Shown here piece after piece: positions 37,340 to 48,119 of a DNA stretch of 64,000 nucleotides. Origin of the DNA: Malacoraja senta (Eukaryota). The stretch covers positions 17,424,001-17,488,000 of the forward strand of contig CM075987.1 of assembly GCA_038087875.1 (NCBI GenBank), written 5' to 3'. The number at the start of each line of letters is the position of its first letter. The stretch's first letter is position 1. The translations under genes were made by a program, and so were the position numbers. Below the pieces are notes generated by a model. The model saw only the letters and a list, made by a program, of their open reading frames with translations. It searched no databases and was not told the DNA's origin.

Positions 37340-39500
37340 AAATAGATTGCATAGGATCCAGGGGGAGCAAGCCGACTGGATAGAAAATTGGCTTCATGGA
37401 AGGAAGCAGTGGGTGATGGTGGAAGGTGTTTTTTCAGCGAATATGGTGATGATCACAAAACACAGCAGGATGTTGATCAGTTCGGCAAGTGGGCTGCGGA
37501 ACAATTCATGGAGTTTAATGCAGATAAGTGCGAGGTGTTGTATTTTGGAAATAGGGCAGTACCTTCACAGTGAATGACGGGACTCTGGGGACTGTTGTAG
37601 AGCAGAGGGATCCAGGAGTGCAGGGACACAGTTCCCTGAAAGTGGCCTCACAGGTAGATGGGGTGGCCGAGAAGGCTTTTGGATCATTGGCCTTCATCGG
37701 TCAGGGTAGTGAGTATAAAAATTGGGATGTTATGTTACAGCTGTACAAGGTGTTGATGAGGCTGCATTTGGAGCATGTAGATGGGCACAAAATGGCCGAC
37801 CTACAATAACCTGGCTGGAAAGACAGCATCTCTGGAGAAAAGGAATAGGTGACGCTTCACCAAAACATTGAAAAGACGGACTCCAGAGTTAATGCGTTAT
37901 GAACCAACTGATTTCTAGTTTAGTGGGACCAATTAGAGAGAGTGAAGGAGAAAGAGAAGACAAATAAAGCAACCTGTCTCAGCAGTGAAAAACCACAGCT
38001 GGTGGAGATGTCCAGCAGTACTGACCATGCATGATCAGATAAAACAACAATCTATACCACAGATTTTCAACTGAATGGACGCATCTTCCCGGTTGCTATC
38101 AGACCTTTGAACTGACCTCTCATATGCTAGGGATGAAATGGGTCACATGCAAGGATCAGCTTAATTTAGCGTCATTTTCAGCACAGATATCGTGGGCTGA
38201 AGCCTCTGTTGAGCTCTACTCTTGTATGTTAATTATAGGACAACAGTTATGTACATTTAGTACGTCAAGGGCAGCTTTGGGATACTCAATATGGCTCTGT
38301 GGTGTGGAAATCTAATCTCACTAATTTCATTGAGTTTTATGAGGAGATAACAAATGCAAGGCAGTAGATGTTATCCACATGGACTTTAGTATGGTGCAGT
38401 GCATGCTCAAATCGGCATCAATGGTGCCAAAGTGGAAATGGATGAGGGCTTCAAATTCCTTGGCATTAATGTTACCATTGATCTGTGGACCAACCACATT
38501 GATGTGATAGCCATGAAGGCACACCAACCAACACCTTTACTTCCTGAGCAGACTGAGGAGATTTGGCATGTCTCCAGTGATTCTTACAAACTTCTACAGA
38601 TGAACTTTGGAAAGCATACTGTCGGGTTGCATCACAGCTTGGTTTGGAAACAGCTCTGCCCAAGATCGCAAGAAACTGGAGGTTTGCGGATGTAGCCCAG
38701 TCCATCAACAGACCAGACTTCCCACCATTGACTCCATTTACACTTAACGCTGCCTCAAGGTAATCAAGGACATGTCCCACTCGATCATTGATATAGTCAT
38801 AGAGTGATGCATGGAAACAGGTCTTACGGCTCAACTTGACTCAACAATGTCCCAGCCACACTTGTCATAGAGTGATGCTGCATGGAAACAGGCCTTACGG
38901 CTCAACTTGCCCACACCGGCTAAAAATGTCCCAGCTACACGTCATAGAGTGATGCAGCATGGAAACAGGGCCTTACGGCTCAACTTGCCCACACCGGCCA
39001 AGGCCAACAATGTCCCAGCTACACTAGTCCCACCTGCCAACATTTGGTCCATATCCTTCCAAACCTGTCCTATCCAAGTACCTGTTTAACTGTTCCTCAA
39101 ATGTTGGGATAATCCCAGCCTCAACTACCTCCTCTGGCAGCTTGTTCCATACACCCACCACCCTTTGTGTGAAAAGGTTACCCCTCAGATTCCTATTAAA
39201 TCTTTTCCCCTTCACCTTAAACCTATGTCCTCTGGTCCTCGATTCTGGGCAAGTGACTCTGCATCTACCCGATCTATTCCTCTCATGACCTTATACACCT
39301 CTATAAGATCACCCCTCATCCTCCTGCGCTACAAGGAATAGAGTATGCACCTGCAAAGGTACAACTTTTCACCTGCACTCCTAGATGCCTCTGCTCCACG
39401 AAAACTATAGAGCCCTGCCATTCACTGTGTTGTTTCTTCCCATCTTAGACACCCCAAAATGCAACATTGCAGCATTAAATTCCATTCCTGCATTCCTTGC
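37340..39500. mobile_element. Degenerate CR1 and Rex1 fragments
   Basis: CR1 RT remnant 37340-37775 (+), Rex1 remnant 38410-38790 (+), CR1 3' end with terminal repeats 38790-39345 (-). Confidence 0.75.
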
Positions 39501-39906
39501 TCCTTCTGACAGAAAGTACAAAGGTTGAAAGAATGCACCACCAGACAGGAATAGCTCCTTCCCCTCTGTTATCAGGCTTCTGAATGGTTCTTCCATAAGC
39601 TAGGGTACTGTCAAATTCATCTCTATCTTCCATCATGGTGATGGAAAGATATTATCCCTGATCAGCCCCTTTCTTTCCAAAAGTACATGAATGCTGACCC
39701 TTCGATTTTCTCCAATAATTTTTCTACCACTGACCTGAGGCTCAGCTTATCCCAGCTGCCCATCTAAATTACATTAGCCATCTTCTGATAGTTGTGGCCA
39801 ATAATAACCCGTAGAGATACAGCATGGAAACAGGCCCTTCGGCCCACCAAGTCCACACTGACCATTGATCACCCATTCACACTAGATATATTTTATCCCA
39901 TATGTT

Positions 39907-41713
39907 CATCATCGGCGATCACTCTAAACAAGTATGACTCCATAGGGTCGTCTACTTGTGGGTCTGCAGACGTCTGTAGAGGCCGATCCACGATCCACGA
40001 TCCACACACCTTGGTGCAACGTGGGCAGTGGAGACTGGCTGTGGTTGGTAGTCGTCGAGCCCCCTTCTCTCTCTCCTTACGGTGCTGTCGCTTTGTCTCT
40101 GCGACACGGTGTAGTTCCATTTCGTGACGTGTAGCTCCTTCCTGCACGGATTTCCTCCAGGAGCGCCTGGCCAGTGCAATGTGCTCCCAGTTGCTCGATG
40201 TGATGTGGAATTTCTTCAGACTGTTCTTGATGTTGTCCTTGAATCATTTCTTTGGCCCGCCGGGGGCTAGCCGACCTTCCTTCAGTTGAGAGTACAGGAT
40301 TTGTTTAGGGAGATGTGTGTTGGACATGTGGATGACATGGCCAGTCCATCGAAGTTGGTGCTGCATTATTGTGGAGGTGATGCTGGTCATGTTGGCTTCA
40401 TTCAAAACGCTGATGTTGGTGCGTTTGTCCTCCCAGCTGATCCTCAGAATCTTTCGTAAGGATCTTTGATGGTATTGTTCCAGGGCTCTCAGGCGCCTGG
40501 TGTAGGTGGTCTATGACTCGGCTCCATACAACAGGGTGGAGAGGACAACGGCTCTAGGTCTCGGTCTTCAAAGACTCTTTTCCTGAGTCTGGCTTAGGCT
40601 CCGCTGGCACAACTCAGGCGATGGTTGACCTCAGCACCTCCAGGAACTCCTCAACCGTGACAGCACAACTGAACCAGACATTACCCACCGCACCCCCCAG
40701 AATCCCATCAGAGAAGACATGGAAGAACCTCCCACTATGACAGAGGTTCAAGATGCCATCAAGAGCCTTAAGAACAACAAGGCTACCGGTCCAGATGGGA
40801 TCCCAACTGAGATCTTAAAGGAAGGTGGACCGGAGCTCCTGTACCATATCCACGCCCTACTCCTCAAGGTCTGGGGAAAAGGACTTCCCTCAGAACACAG
40901 GGATGCTCTAATAGTGACTATTTGCAAGAAGGGGGACAAGGCTGAATGTGGAAACTACAGGGGCATTTCGCTCCTGTCAACAACAGGCAAAGTCCTTGCT
41001 CGTGTCCTCACAAACCGACTTCTACCACTGTCTGCGGAGGTACTCCCAGAATCACAGTGTGGCTTCCGCCCATCCAGAGGTACAGCAGACATGATATTCA
41101 TAGCACGCCAACTCCAGGAAAAATGCCGTGAACAAAGGCAGCCTTTGTACATGGCCTTCATAGACCTGACAAAGGCTTTTGACTCGGTAGGTCTCCAGGC
41201 TCTTTGGAGCATACTATCAAGGTAGGGTTGTCATGACAAGTACATCGGAATATTGAGGCTTCTACATGATGGCACAGTGCTCAGCAACTGCGGCTCTGAG
41301 TCCGAGACCTTCACTATGGAAACGGGGGTCAAACAGGGATTCATCATCGCACCCACCCTGTTTGTCGCCTTCATTGCTGCCATACTTCACCTCATTGGTG
41401 AAGAGCTGCCACAGGGATCCCAATCCTCTACAGAACTGACGGTGGGCTCTTCAACCTTAACAGGTTGAAGGCCAAGAGCAACGTCAGTAACACCGCCATC
41501 TGGAGCTTCAGTACGTGGATGACTGCGGCATTGCAGCACACTCTGCAGAAGACCTGCCAAGGCATACAGAGCCATGGGCCTAGCCTTATACACCAAGACC
41601 AGGTCCTACATCAACCTCCACCCAACCAGCCGTTTACCCAGCCCACTATAAAAATGGACGACACCACTCTTGAAAACGTTGACCACTTCCCCTACCTAAC
41701 AGCATTCTTTCCA
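39907..41713 (-). mobile_element. RTE-clade LINE with inverted 5' segment
   Basis: 3' part on minus strand (40635-39907; CPRC..H zinc finger, GATGATG end). RT part on plus strand (40640-41713; NYRGISLL, QCGFR, AFIDLTKAFDSV). ATATGTT on both flanks. Confidence 0.85.
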
Positions 41714-41739
41714 ATATGTTATTATAGATGTTATTGTGT

Positions 41740-42495
41740 TAAAATCATGAGAGGAATAGATCAGGTAGATGCATAGAATCTCTTGCCCAGAGTAGGGGAA
41801 TCGAGGACCAGAGGACATAGGTTCAAGGTGAAGGGGAAAAGATTTAATAGGAATCTGAGGGGTAACATTTTCTCACAGAGGGTGGTGGATGTATGGAACA
41901 AGCAGCCAGAGGAGGTAGTTGAGGCTGGGACTATCCAACGATTAGAAACAGTTAGACAGGGTACATGGATAGGACAGGTTTGGAGGAATATGGACCATAC
42001 GCGGGCTGTTGGGACATGTGCCCAGCTACTAGTGTAGCTGGGACATTGTTGGCCGATGTGGGTGAGTTGTGCTGAAGGGCCTGTTTCCACACTGTATCAC
42101 TCCATGACTCTAGTGTAACTGAGACATGTTGGCTAGTGTGGGCAGGTTAGTGCTGAAATGCCTGTTTCACACTATGCCTTTAGTGTAGCTGGGACTATTG
42201 TTGGCCGGTGTGGGCAAGTTGTCTCCACACTGTATCACTCTATGACTCCAGTGTAGATGGGACATTGTTGGATGGTGTGGGCAGGTTGGGCTGAGACCTG
42301 TTTCCACACTGTATCACTCTATGACTCCAGTGTAGCTGGGACATTGTTGGCCGGGTGTAGCGAGTTGTGCTGAAGGCCTGTTTCCCACACTGTATCACTC
42401 TATGACTCCAGTGTAGCTGGGACATTGTTGGCCGGTATGGGCAGGTTGGGCCGAAGGAACAGTTTCCACACTGTATCACTCTATGACTCTATGAC
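41740..42495 (+). mobile_element. CR1 3' fragment with tandemly repeated terminus
   Basis: About six copies of a 60-80 bp unit AGTGTAGCTGGGACATTGTTGGCC...CACACTGTATCACTCTATGACTC. Confidence 0.88.
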
Positions 42496-42688
42496 TCTTC
42501 TGCGTTTTCAGTATAATTAGATAATTAGATTTCCACATTGTAAATGTTTTCCATCTGTCATCTTTCAGATCCTTCAGCTTCATTTTACATTCAATCCTTT
42601 CTAAATGAAGAAAGCTGTAAAAACACGACAGGTTCACTAAAGTGATGAGAAACATGGAAGGGAGAATGATGAACTTCATGAACCTAAC

Positions 42689-42818
42689 TCTCTGCTTCTG
42701 TTTCTTCTTTTGTAGGTTTTTCAGATCCACTGTCCGTACTGCCTCCATGCCCCCTCTTATTGCAAAAGGGAGGAGCCCAGCCCATTTCACAGTGACAATT
42801 GTTTTTCTCGTTGCAAAC
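42689..42818 (-). CDS. ADAM exon: EGF-like domain
   Basis: Acceptor [52 protein letters not shown] matches the ADAM CN..NCHC..GWAPP.C..GGS.DSG pattern; donor A|GTTAGG, phase 1. Confidence 0.92.
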
Positions 42819-44653
42819 CTGGAAAAACGATAAAATCGATTAATATCTCTTCAATAAAGTTACTTAAATAACAATGTAACACACCTTAAAATAAGTGAAT
42901 ATTATTGACGCCACCCTGGGGAAAGTCACAGCAGTGGCGAATGTCAGGGAACTCTGTGGGATAACACCACAGGAAGTGAACTTTATGCTTCAGCATCAGT
43001 GCAGGATTGGCAGGTGCTGTTGCCCAATTATTCAATGCTCAGATCTGCTTCTAGCCCCTTATTGGAAAAAACTCTCTACAGTTGAGTCTGTAGAGGAGGA
43101 TTTTGAACACAGAACGCAGGAACAGTCTTTGGCTCACGATGTCTGTGCTAAATCAGGATGCTAATTTAAACTAATCCCATTTCCCTACATGTGGTCTGTA
43201 TCCCTCTATTCCCTTCCTGTTCATGGGCATGTCAAAATGCTACTTAAGTATAATGTTGTCATTGTCCTAGAGTCATAGTCCATAGTCCCATTCTTAGAAG
43301 GGACATTGGCCGATGTGGGCAAGTTGGGCCAAACGGCCTGTTTCCACACTGTGAGCCTATGAATCTAAGTCGTTTTTGCACAGAATGGTATATGCCACCT
43401 CCCCCGACAGCACATTCTTGGCATATACCATTCTGTGTAAAAACTACTTAGATTCATAGTCTTACAGCGTGGAAATAGGCCGTTTGGCCCAACTTGCCCA
43501 CACTGGCCAATTGGTCCCATCTACACCAGTCCCACCTGCCTGCAATTTGCCTATACCCCTCTATTTGAGTGAGAATGTATATGGCATGATTAGGGAGTTT
43601 GCAGATGATAAAACAGTGGGTGGTATTGTAGATAGTGAAGATGGTCGTCAAATATTGCAGCATGATCTTGATCAGTTGGCCAGGTGGGCTGAGGAATGGT
43701 TGATGGAGTTTAATGCAGAGAAATGTGAGGTGTTGCATTTTGGGACGTCTAACATGGGCAGGACCTACACAGTGAATGGATATTTAGGGACTGTTGAATC
43801 AATCTGAAGAATGCTGACCCAAAACATCGCCTGTTCATTTCCTCCACAGATGTGTAGGAAGGAACTGCAGATGCTGGCTTACACCGAAGGTAGACACAAA
43901 AGGCTGAAGTTACTCAGCAGGACAGGCAGCATCTCTGGATAAAAGGCATGGGTGACGTTTTGGGTCGAGACCCTTCTTCCTTCTGGGGAGTGTTGTAGAG
44001 CAGAGGGATCTAGGAGTGCAGGGACATAGTTCCTTGAAAGTGGTGTCACATCTCCATAAGTTCACTACTCAGCCTCCTGCACTCCAAGGAATAAAGTCCT
44101 ACTTGCCCAGACTTTCCCTGCCGCTCATGCCCTTGAGTTCTTATGAAACAAAAGAAGGGTCTGTTTCCATGCTGTATGACATGGAAACTCTAATGCAAGA
44201 TTTAATCTCACAACTTTTAAATTATTTTTTCTGTTCCGCCAAAGGGTATAACCTCATACTTCACCATATTCTAGTGTTTTGCTCACTCATTTAATATCAC
44301 ACTTTACAGACACTGGGTAAACTACTCTGTGCATGTACCCGATCTTTGCCCTTCATACACCTCTATAGAATTATGCCTCAGCCTCATGCAATAAGGCCTC
44401 AGCCCCAAGAAATAAAGTCCTAGCCTGTCCAAACTCTCCCTACAGCTCAGTCCCTGGAGTCCTGCCTGCGTTTAGCCTATATCCCTTTCCTATCCATGTC
44501 CGTGTCCTTAAGAGGCATTTGGGCAGACACATGGATATGCATTGAACAGCGGGATATGGATTATATGCAGGCAGAGAAGAGTTGGTCTTGGCATTGTGTT
44601 CAGCACAAACAGTGTGGGTTCCAGTTTCTGTGTTGTTGTGTTCAGTGTCGTAC

Positions 44654-44731
44654 CCCTTTGTTGTTGCACGTGTCGTGACAGCTTTTGACTTTGAACTGCG
44701 CTTCATCCTGGCACTTGTGTTCTATACAGGC
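44654..44731 (-). CDS. ADAM exon: end of Cys-rich domain / start of EGF-like domain
   Basis: 78 nt, phase 0-0, acceptor TCTGTTTCACAG, donor GGG|GTACGA; ACIEHKCQDEAQFKVKSCHDTCNNKG. Confidence 0.9.
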
Positions 44732-44778
44732 CTGTGAAACAGAGAATGAAAAGTTAGCGCAGTGTTAATGGAGTGTCA

Positions 44779-44925
44779 TCTATCTATCTATATACTTTAA
44801 AAACTCTTTGTGTGTGTGGGTGTGTGGGTGTGTGTGTGTGTGTTTGTGGGTGTCAGATTTGGCCTTTGATTCCTTGGTCCGCCAAAACCACACGCGAAAA
44901 CTCAGAGATTTTTTCCATTTTTGGT
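44779..44925 (+). mobile_element. Possible Helitron 5'-end fragment
   Basis: A|TCTATCTATCTATATACTTTAAAAACTC then a GT tract, resembling the 5' end at 34734; no matching 3' end found. Confidence 0.35.
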
Positions 44926-44989
44926 CTCCTGATTTCCTTCTTATGTATCCTTAATATCCTAAAATCCTCTAGGGATACTCTTGATCCCA

Positions 44990-45940
44990 TGTGTAGGAAG
45001 GAACTGCAGATGCTGGATAGACACAAAATGCTGGAATAACTCAGCGTGGCAGGCAGCATCTCAGGAGAGAAGGAATGTGTGACTTTTCGGGTCAAGACCC
45101 TTCTAGTTGAAGAGAAGTCTCAACCCGAAATGTCGCCCATTCCTTCTCTCCAGAGATGCTGCCTGTCCCGCTGAGTTACTCCAGCATTCCAGGTCTATCT
45201 TCGATTTAAACCAGCATCTGCAGTTCTTTATTACACTGAAGATGCTGGTTCAGACCCTTCTTCAGGGTCTCGACCTGAAGCGTCCTGAATTTGAGGAAGG
45301 ACATCCTTGTGATTGGGGCAGTGCAGCGTAGGTTCACGAGATTGATCCCTGGGATGGCGGGACTGTCATATGAGGAAAGATTGAAAAGACTAGGCTTGTA
45401 TTCACTGGAGTTTAGAAGGATGAGGGGAATATCTTGTATTGTATTGTATTGTATTGTATATCTTTATTGTCATTTCCTGAGTATTCACATACCCAGAGGA
45501 AACAAAAAAACTCAACCAGTGTCCATTTATCTATAATCTTATAGAAACATCTTTATTCTATAATCTTATAGAAATATATAAAATTATAAAAGGACTGGAC
45601 AAGCTAGATGCAGGAAAAATGTTCCCAATGTTGGGCGAGTCCAGAACCAGGGGCCACAGTCTTAGAATAAAGGGGAGGCCATTTAAGACTGAGGTGAGAA
45701 AAAACATTTTCACCCAGAGAGTTGTGAATTTGTGAAATTCCCTGCCACAGAGGGCAGTGGAGGCCAAATCACTGGATGGATTTAAGAGAGAGTTAGATAG
45801 AGCTCTAGGGGCTAGTGGAATCAAGGGATATGGGGAGAAGGCAGGCACGGTTTATTGATTGGGGATGATCAGCCATGATCACAATGATTGGCGGTGCTGG
45901 CTCGAAGGTCCGAATGGCCTCCTCCTGCACCTATTTTCTG
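44990..45940 (+). mobile_element. Composite of Penelope-type terminal repeats fused to a CR1 3' fragment
   Basis: Inverted PLE repeats at 44990-45283 joined to CR1 at GAAGCGTCCTGAATTTGAGG; short antisense retro-tail insertion at ~45430-45530. Confidence 0.75.
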
Positions 45941-46044
45941 TTTCTATTCCATTTCTCCAGAGATGCTCTCCAACCCACTGAGTTAGTCCAGCTTTTTGTG
46001 TCTTTTCTCTTCATTCCAGTTGCCCCCATCTGCCCCATATTGGT

Positions 46045-46535
46045 TTCTGAACAGGTTCACAAGGTTTATTCCCGGATGGCAGGACTGCCATATGCTGAGA
46101 GAATGGAGCAGCTGGGCTTGTATACTCTGGAGTTTAGAAGGATGAGAGGCAATCTTATTGAAACATATAAGATTATTAAGGGTTTGGACACGCTAGAGGC
46201 AGGAAACATGTTCCCGATGTTGGGGGAGTCCAGAACCAGGGGCTACAGTTTAAGAATAAGGGGTAAGCCATTTAGAATGGAGAAGAGGAAACACTTTTTC
46301 ACACAGAGAGTTGTGAGTCTGTGGAATTCTCTGCCTCAGAGGGCGGTGGAGGCAGGTTCTCTGGATACTATTAAGAGAGAGCTAGATAGGGCTCTTAAGG
46401 ATAGCAGAGTCAGGGGATATGGGGAGAATGCAGGAACAGGGTACTGATTGGGGATGATCAGCCATGATCACATTTGATGGCGGTGCTGGTACAAAGGGCC
46501 GAATGGCCTACTCCTGCAACTATTTTCTATTGTCA
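46045..46535 (+). mobile_element. CR1 3' fragment
   Basis: MAGLPYAERMEQLGLYTLEFRR...GYGENAGTGY followed by the CR1 3' UTR. Confidence 0.9.
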
Positions 46536-46838
46536 TATTTAGAATTTCAATTTGTGGGCCTGCCCTGTCTTTATCATAATCATAATCATAATTTATTAGC
46601 CAAGTATGTTTTGCAACATACGAGGATTAACTATTTAAAAACTACCAGTCGCTGGTCCTAAAAGGCTCACTATTGATGCAACAGTCACTAGTCTTGGGGA
46701 GAAAGCAGGAACAAGGTACTGATTCTGGATGATCAGCCATGATCATATTGAATGGCGGTGCTGGCTCAAAGGGCTGAATGGCCCACTCCTGCACCTATTT
46801 TCTATGTTTTCCATGTTTCCCAATTTGGAGGAATGGGT

Positions 46839-46866
46839 GACGTTTCGGATGGAGACCCATCATCAG
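46839..46866 (-). ncRNA. Minimal hammerhead ribozyme motif (Penelope-type)
   Basis: CTGATGA-T-GGGT(CTCC)ATCC-GAAAC-GTC: intact core, 4-bp stem II and GUC triplet; back to back with a mutated plus-strand copy at 46868-46895. Confidence 0.6.
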
Positions 46867-47350
46867 ACTGTAGAAGGGTCTCGACCCGAAATGTTACCCA
46901 TTCCTTCTATCCAGAGATTCTGCCTGTCCCGCTGAGTTACCCTAGTATTTTGTGTCCATCGTCGGTTTAAACCAGCGTCTGCAGTTCCTTCCTACACATT
47001 AAGTGTAACTTTCTCTCCCCAGTATTGCCTGTAGTAAACCTCCACTCATTGTTAACCATCCACTCCCCTCAGCAATTGAAAGATTTTATTTCTAACAGTT
47101 AGTTCCCACTTCCACAGAAAACTCAGTGAGCTGAAATTCTGTGCCTCTTTCCACAGGTGTTGCTTGATGAGATGAATATCGCCAGCATTTCGAAACTGGT
47201 GGAGTGTAAATTGGGAGCAATGTCATAGAGATTTACAGAAATATCTCTGAATATATTTCTGGCCCTATAGCCCAAATCATCCATACTGACCATTAATAAG
47301 AATATGCAAACTTAATGTGGAGTGGAGCTGGGCAGTGCCAACATGAATGC

Positions 47351-47686
47351 AGTCTAATGGGCCTGTCCCACTTTGGCGATTTTTTAGGCAACTACAGGCG
47401 ACTAGTTTGTCGCCACGTGTTCGCCGGTGGTCGCTGGGAGTCGTCTCCTCAGTCGCGCAAAAAGTCGTAGTGTCTTTCTGGTCGCCGCTAAATTTTCAAC
47501 ATGTTGAAACATTTTTGGCGACATTTTCGACGCCAATGAGCGTAGCTTGCCTTCTCCTGACGTAGGTGCTGTCGTAGGTTGGCGCCAGGATGACGTAGGT
47601 CGTCGCTGGTTTTTGCCGGCTACGACTATGGCGGTCGCCGGCAGTTGCCTAAAAAAAATCGCCAAGTGGGACAGGCCCATTAGACT
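47351..47686. mobile_element. CpG-rich MITE (PIF/Harbinger-like)
   Basis: Inverted termini AGTCTAATGGGCCTGTCCCACTT / AAGTGGGACAGGCCCATTAGACT. Confidence 0.85.
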
Positions 47687-47724
47687 ATGGACAGAACACT
47701 TTAACAATATCCATTTTTGGTTAC

Positions 47725-47914
47725 CTTGTTCGGTGCACACTTGGTGCCTTCTAGTATTAAATTCGGATTACTGCTATCAGCTAAGAAAGAATGTGCTGCG
47801 CGGCAGACGATGGTTCCACCTTTAGACATAATGCTGTTGGTTACCACCTTTGTGTTTAATCCCAGATTTGCAGTTGATCCACCCTGACACTGGAGTTTTC
47901 CACAAAATATATCT
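47725..47914 (-). CDS. ADAM exon: Cys-rich domain (hypervariable region)
   Basis: 190 nt, phase 2-0, acceptor TTCCCTACAG, donor AAG|GTAACC; DIFCGKLQCQGG...NPNLILEGTKCAPNK. Not present in the ORF track. Confidence 0.93.
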
Positions 47915-48119
47915 CTGTAGGGAAGACAAACAATTTAGATTTCTACTCCAGAAACTTGGGCAAATACACAAAAGAAAACAGAAATTGTGTTGCTGCAGCG
48001 AACAGTCTGTTGGGTGAAGACGGCGTACGCAGCAAGCTGCCTTCATTGCCAAGAGTATTGAGTACAGGAAAAGACAAACAGTGCTGGAGTAACTCGGCAG
48101 GTCAGGCAGGATCTCTGGA

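Noticed and set aside
42880..43090. Additional ADAM exon between the two EGF exons
   Set aside because: The longer version has stops in all frames, and the flanking exons already join in frame (NKG|VCN).
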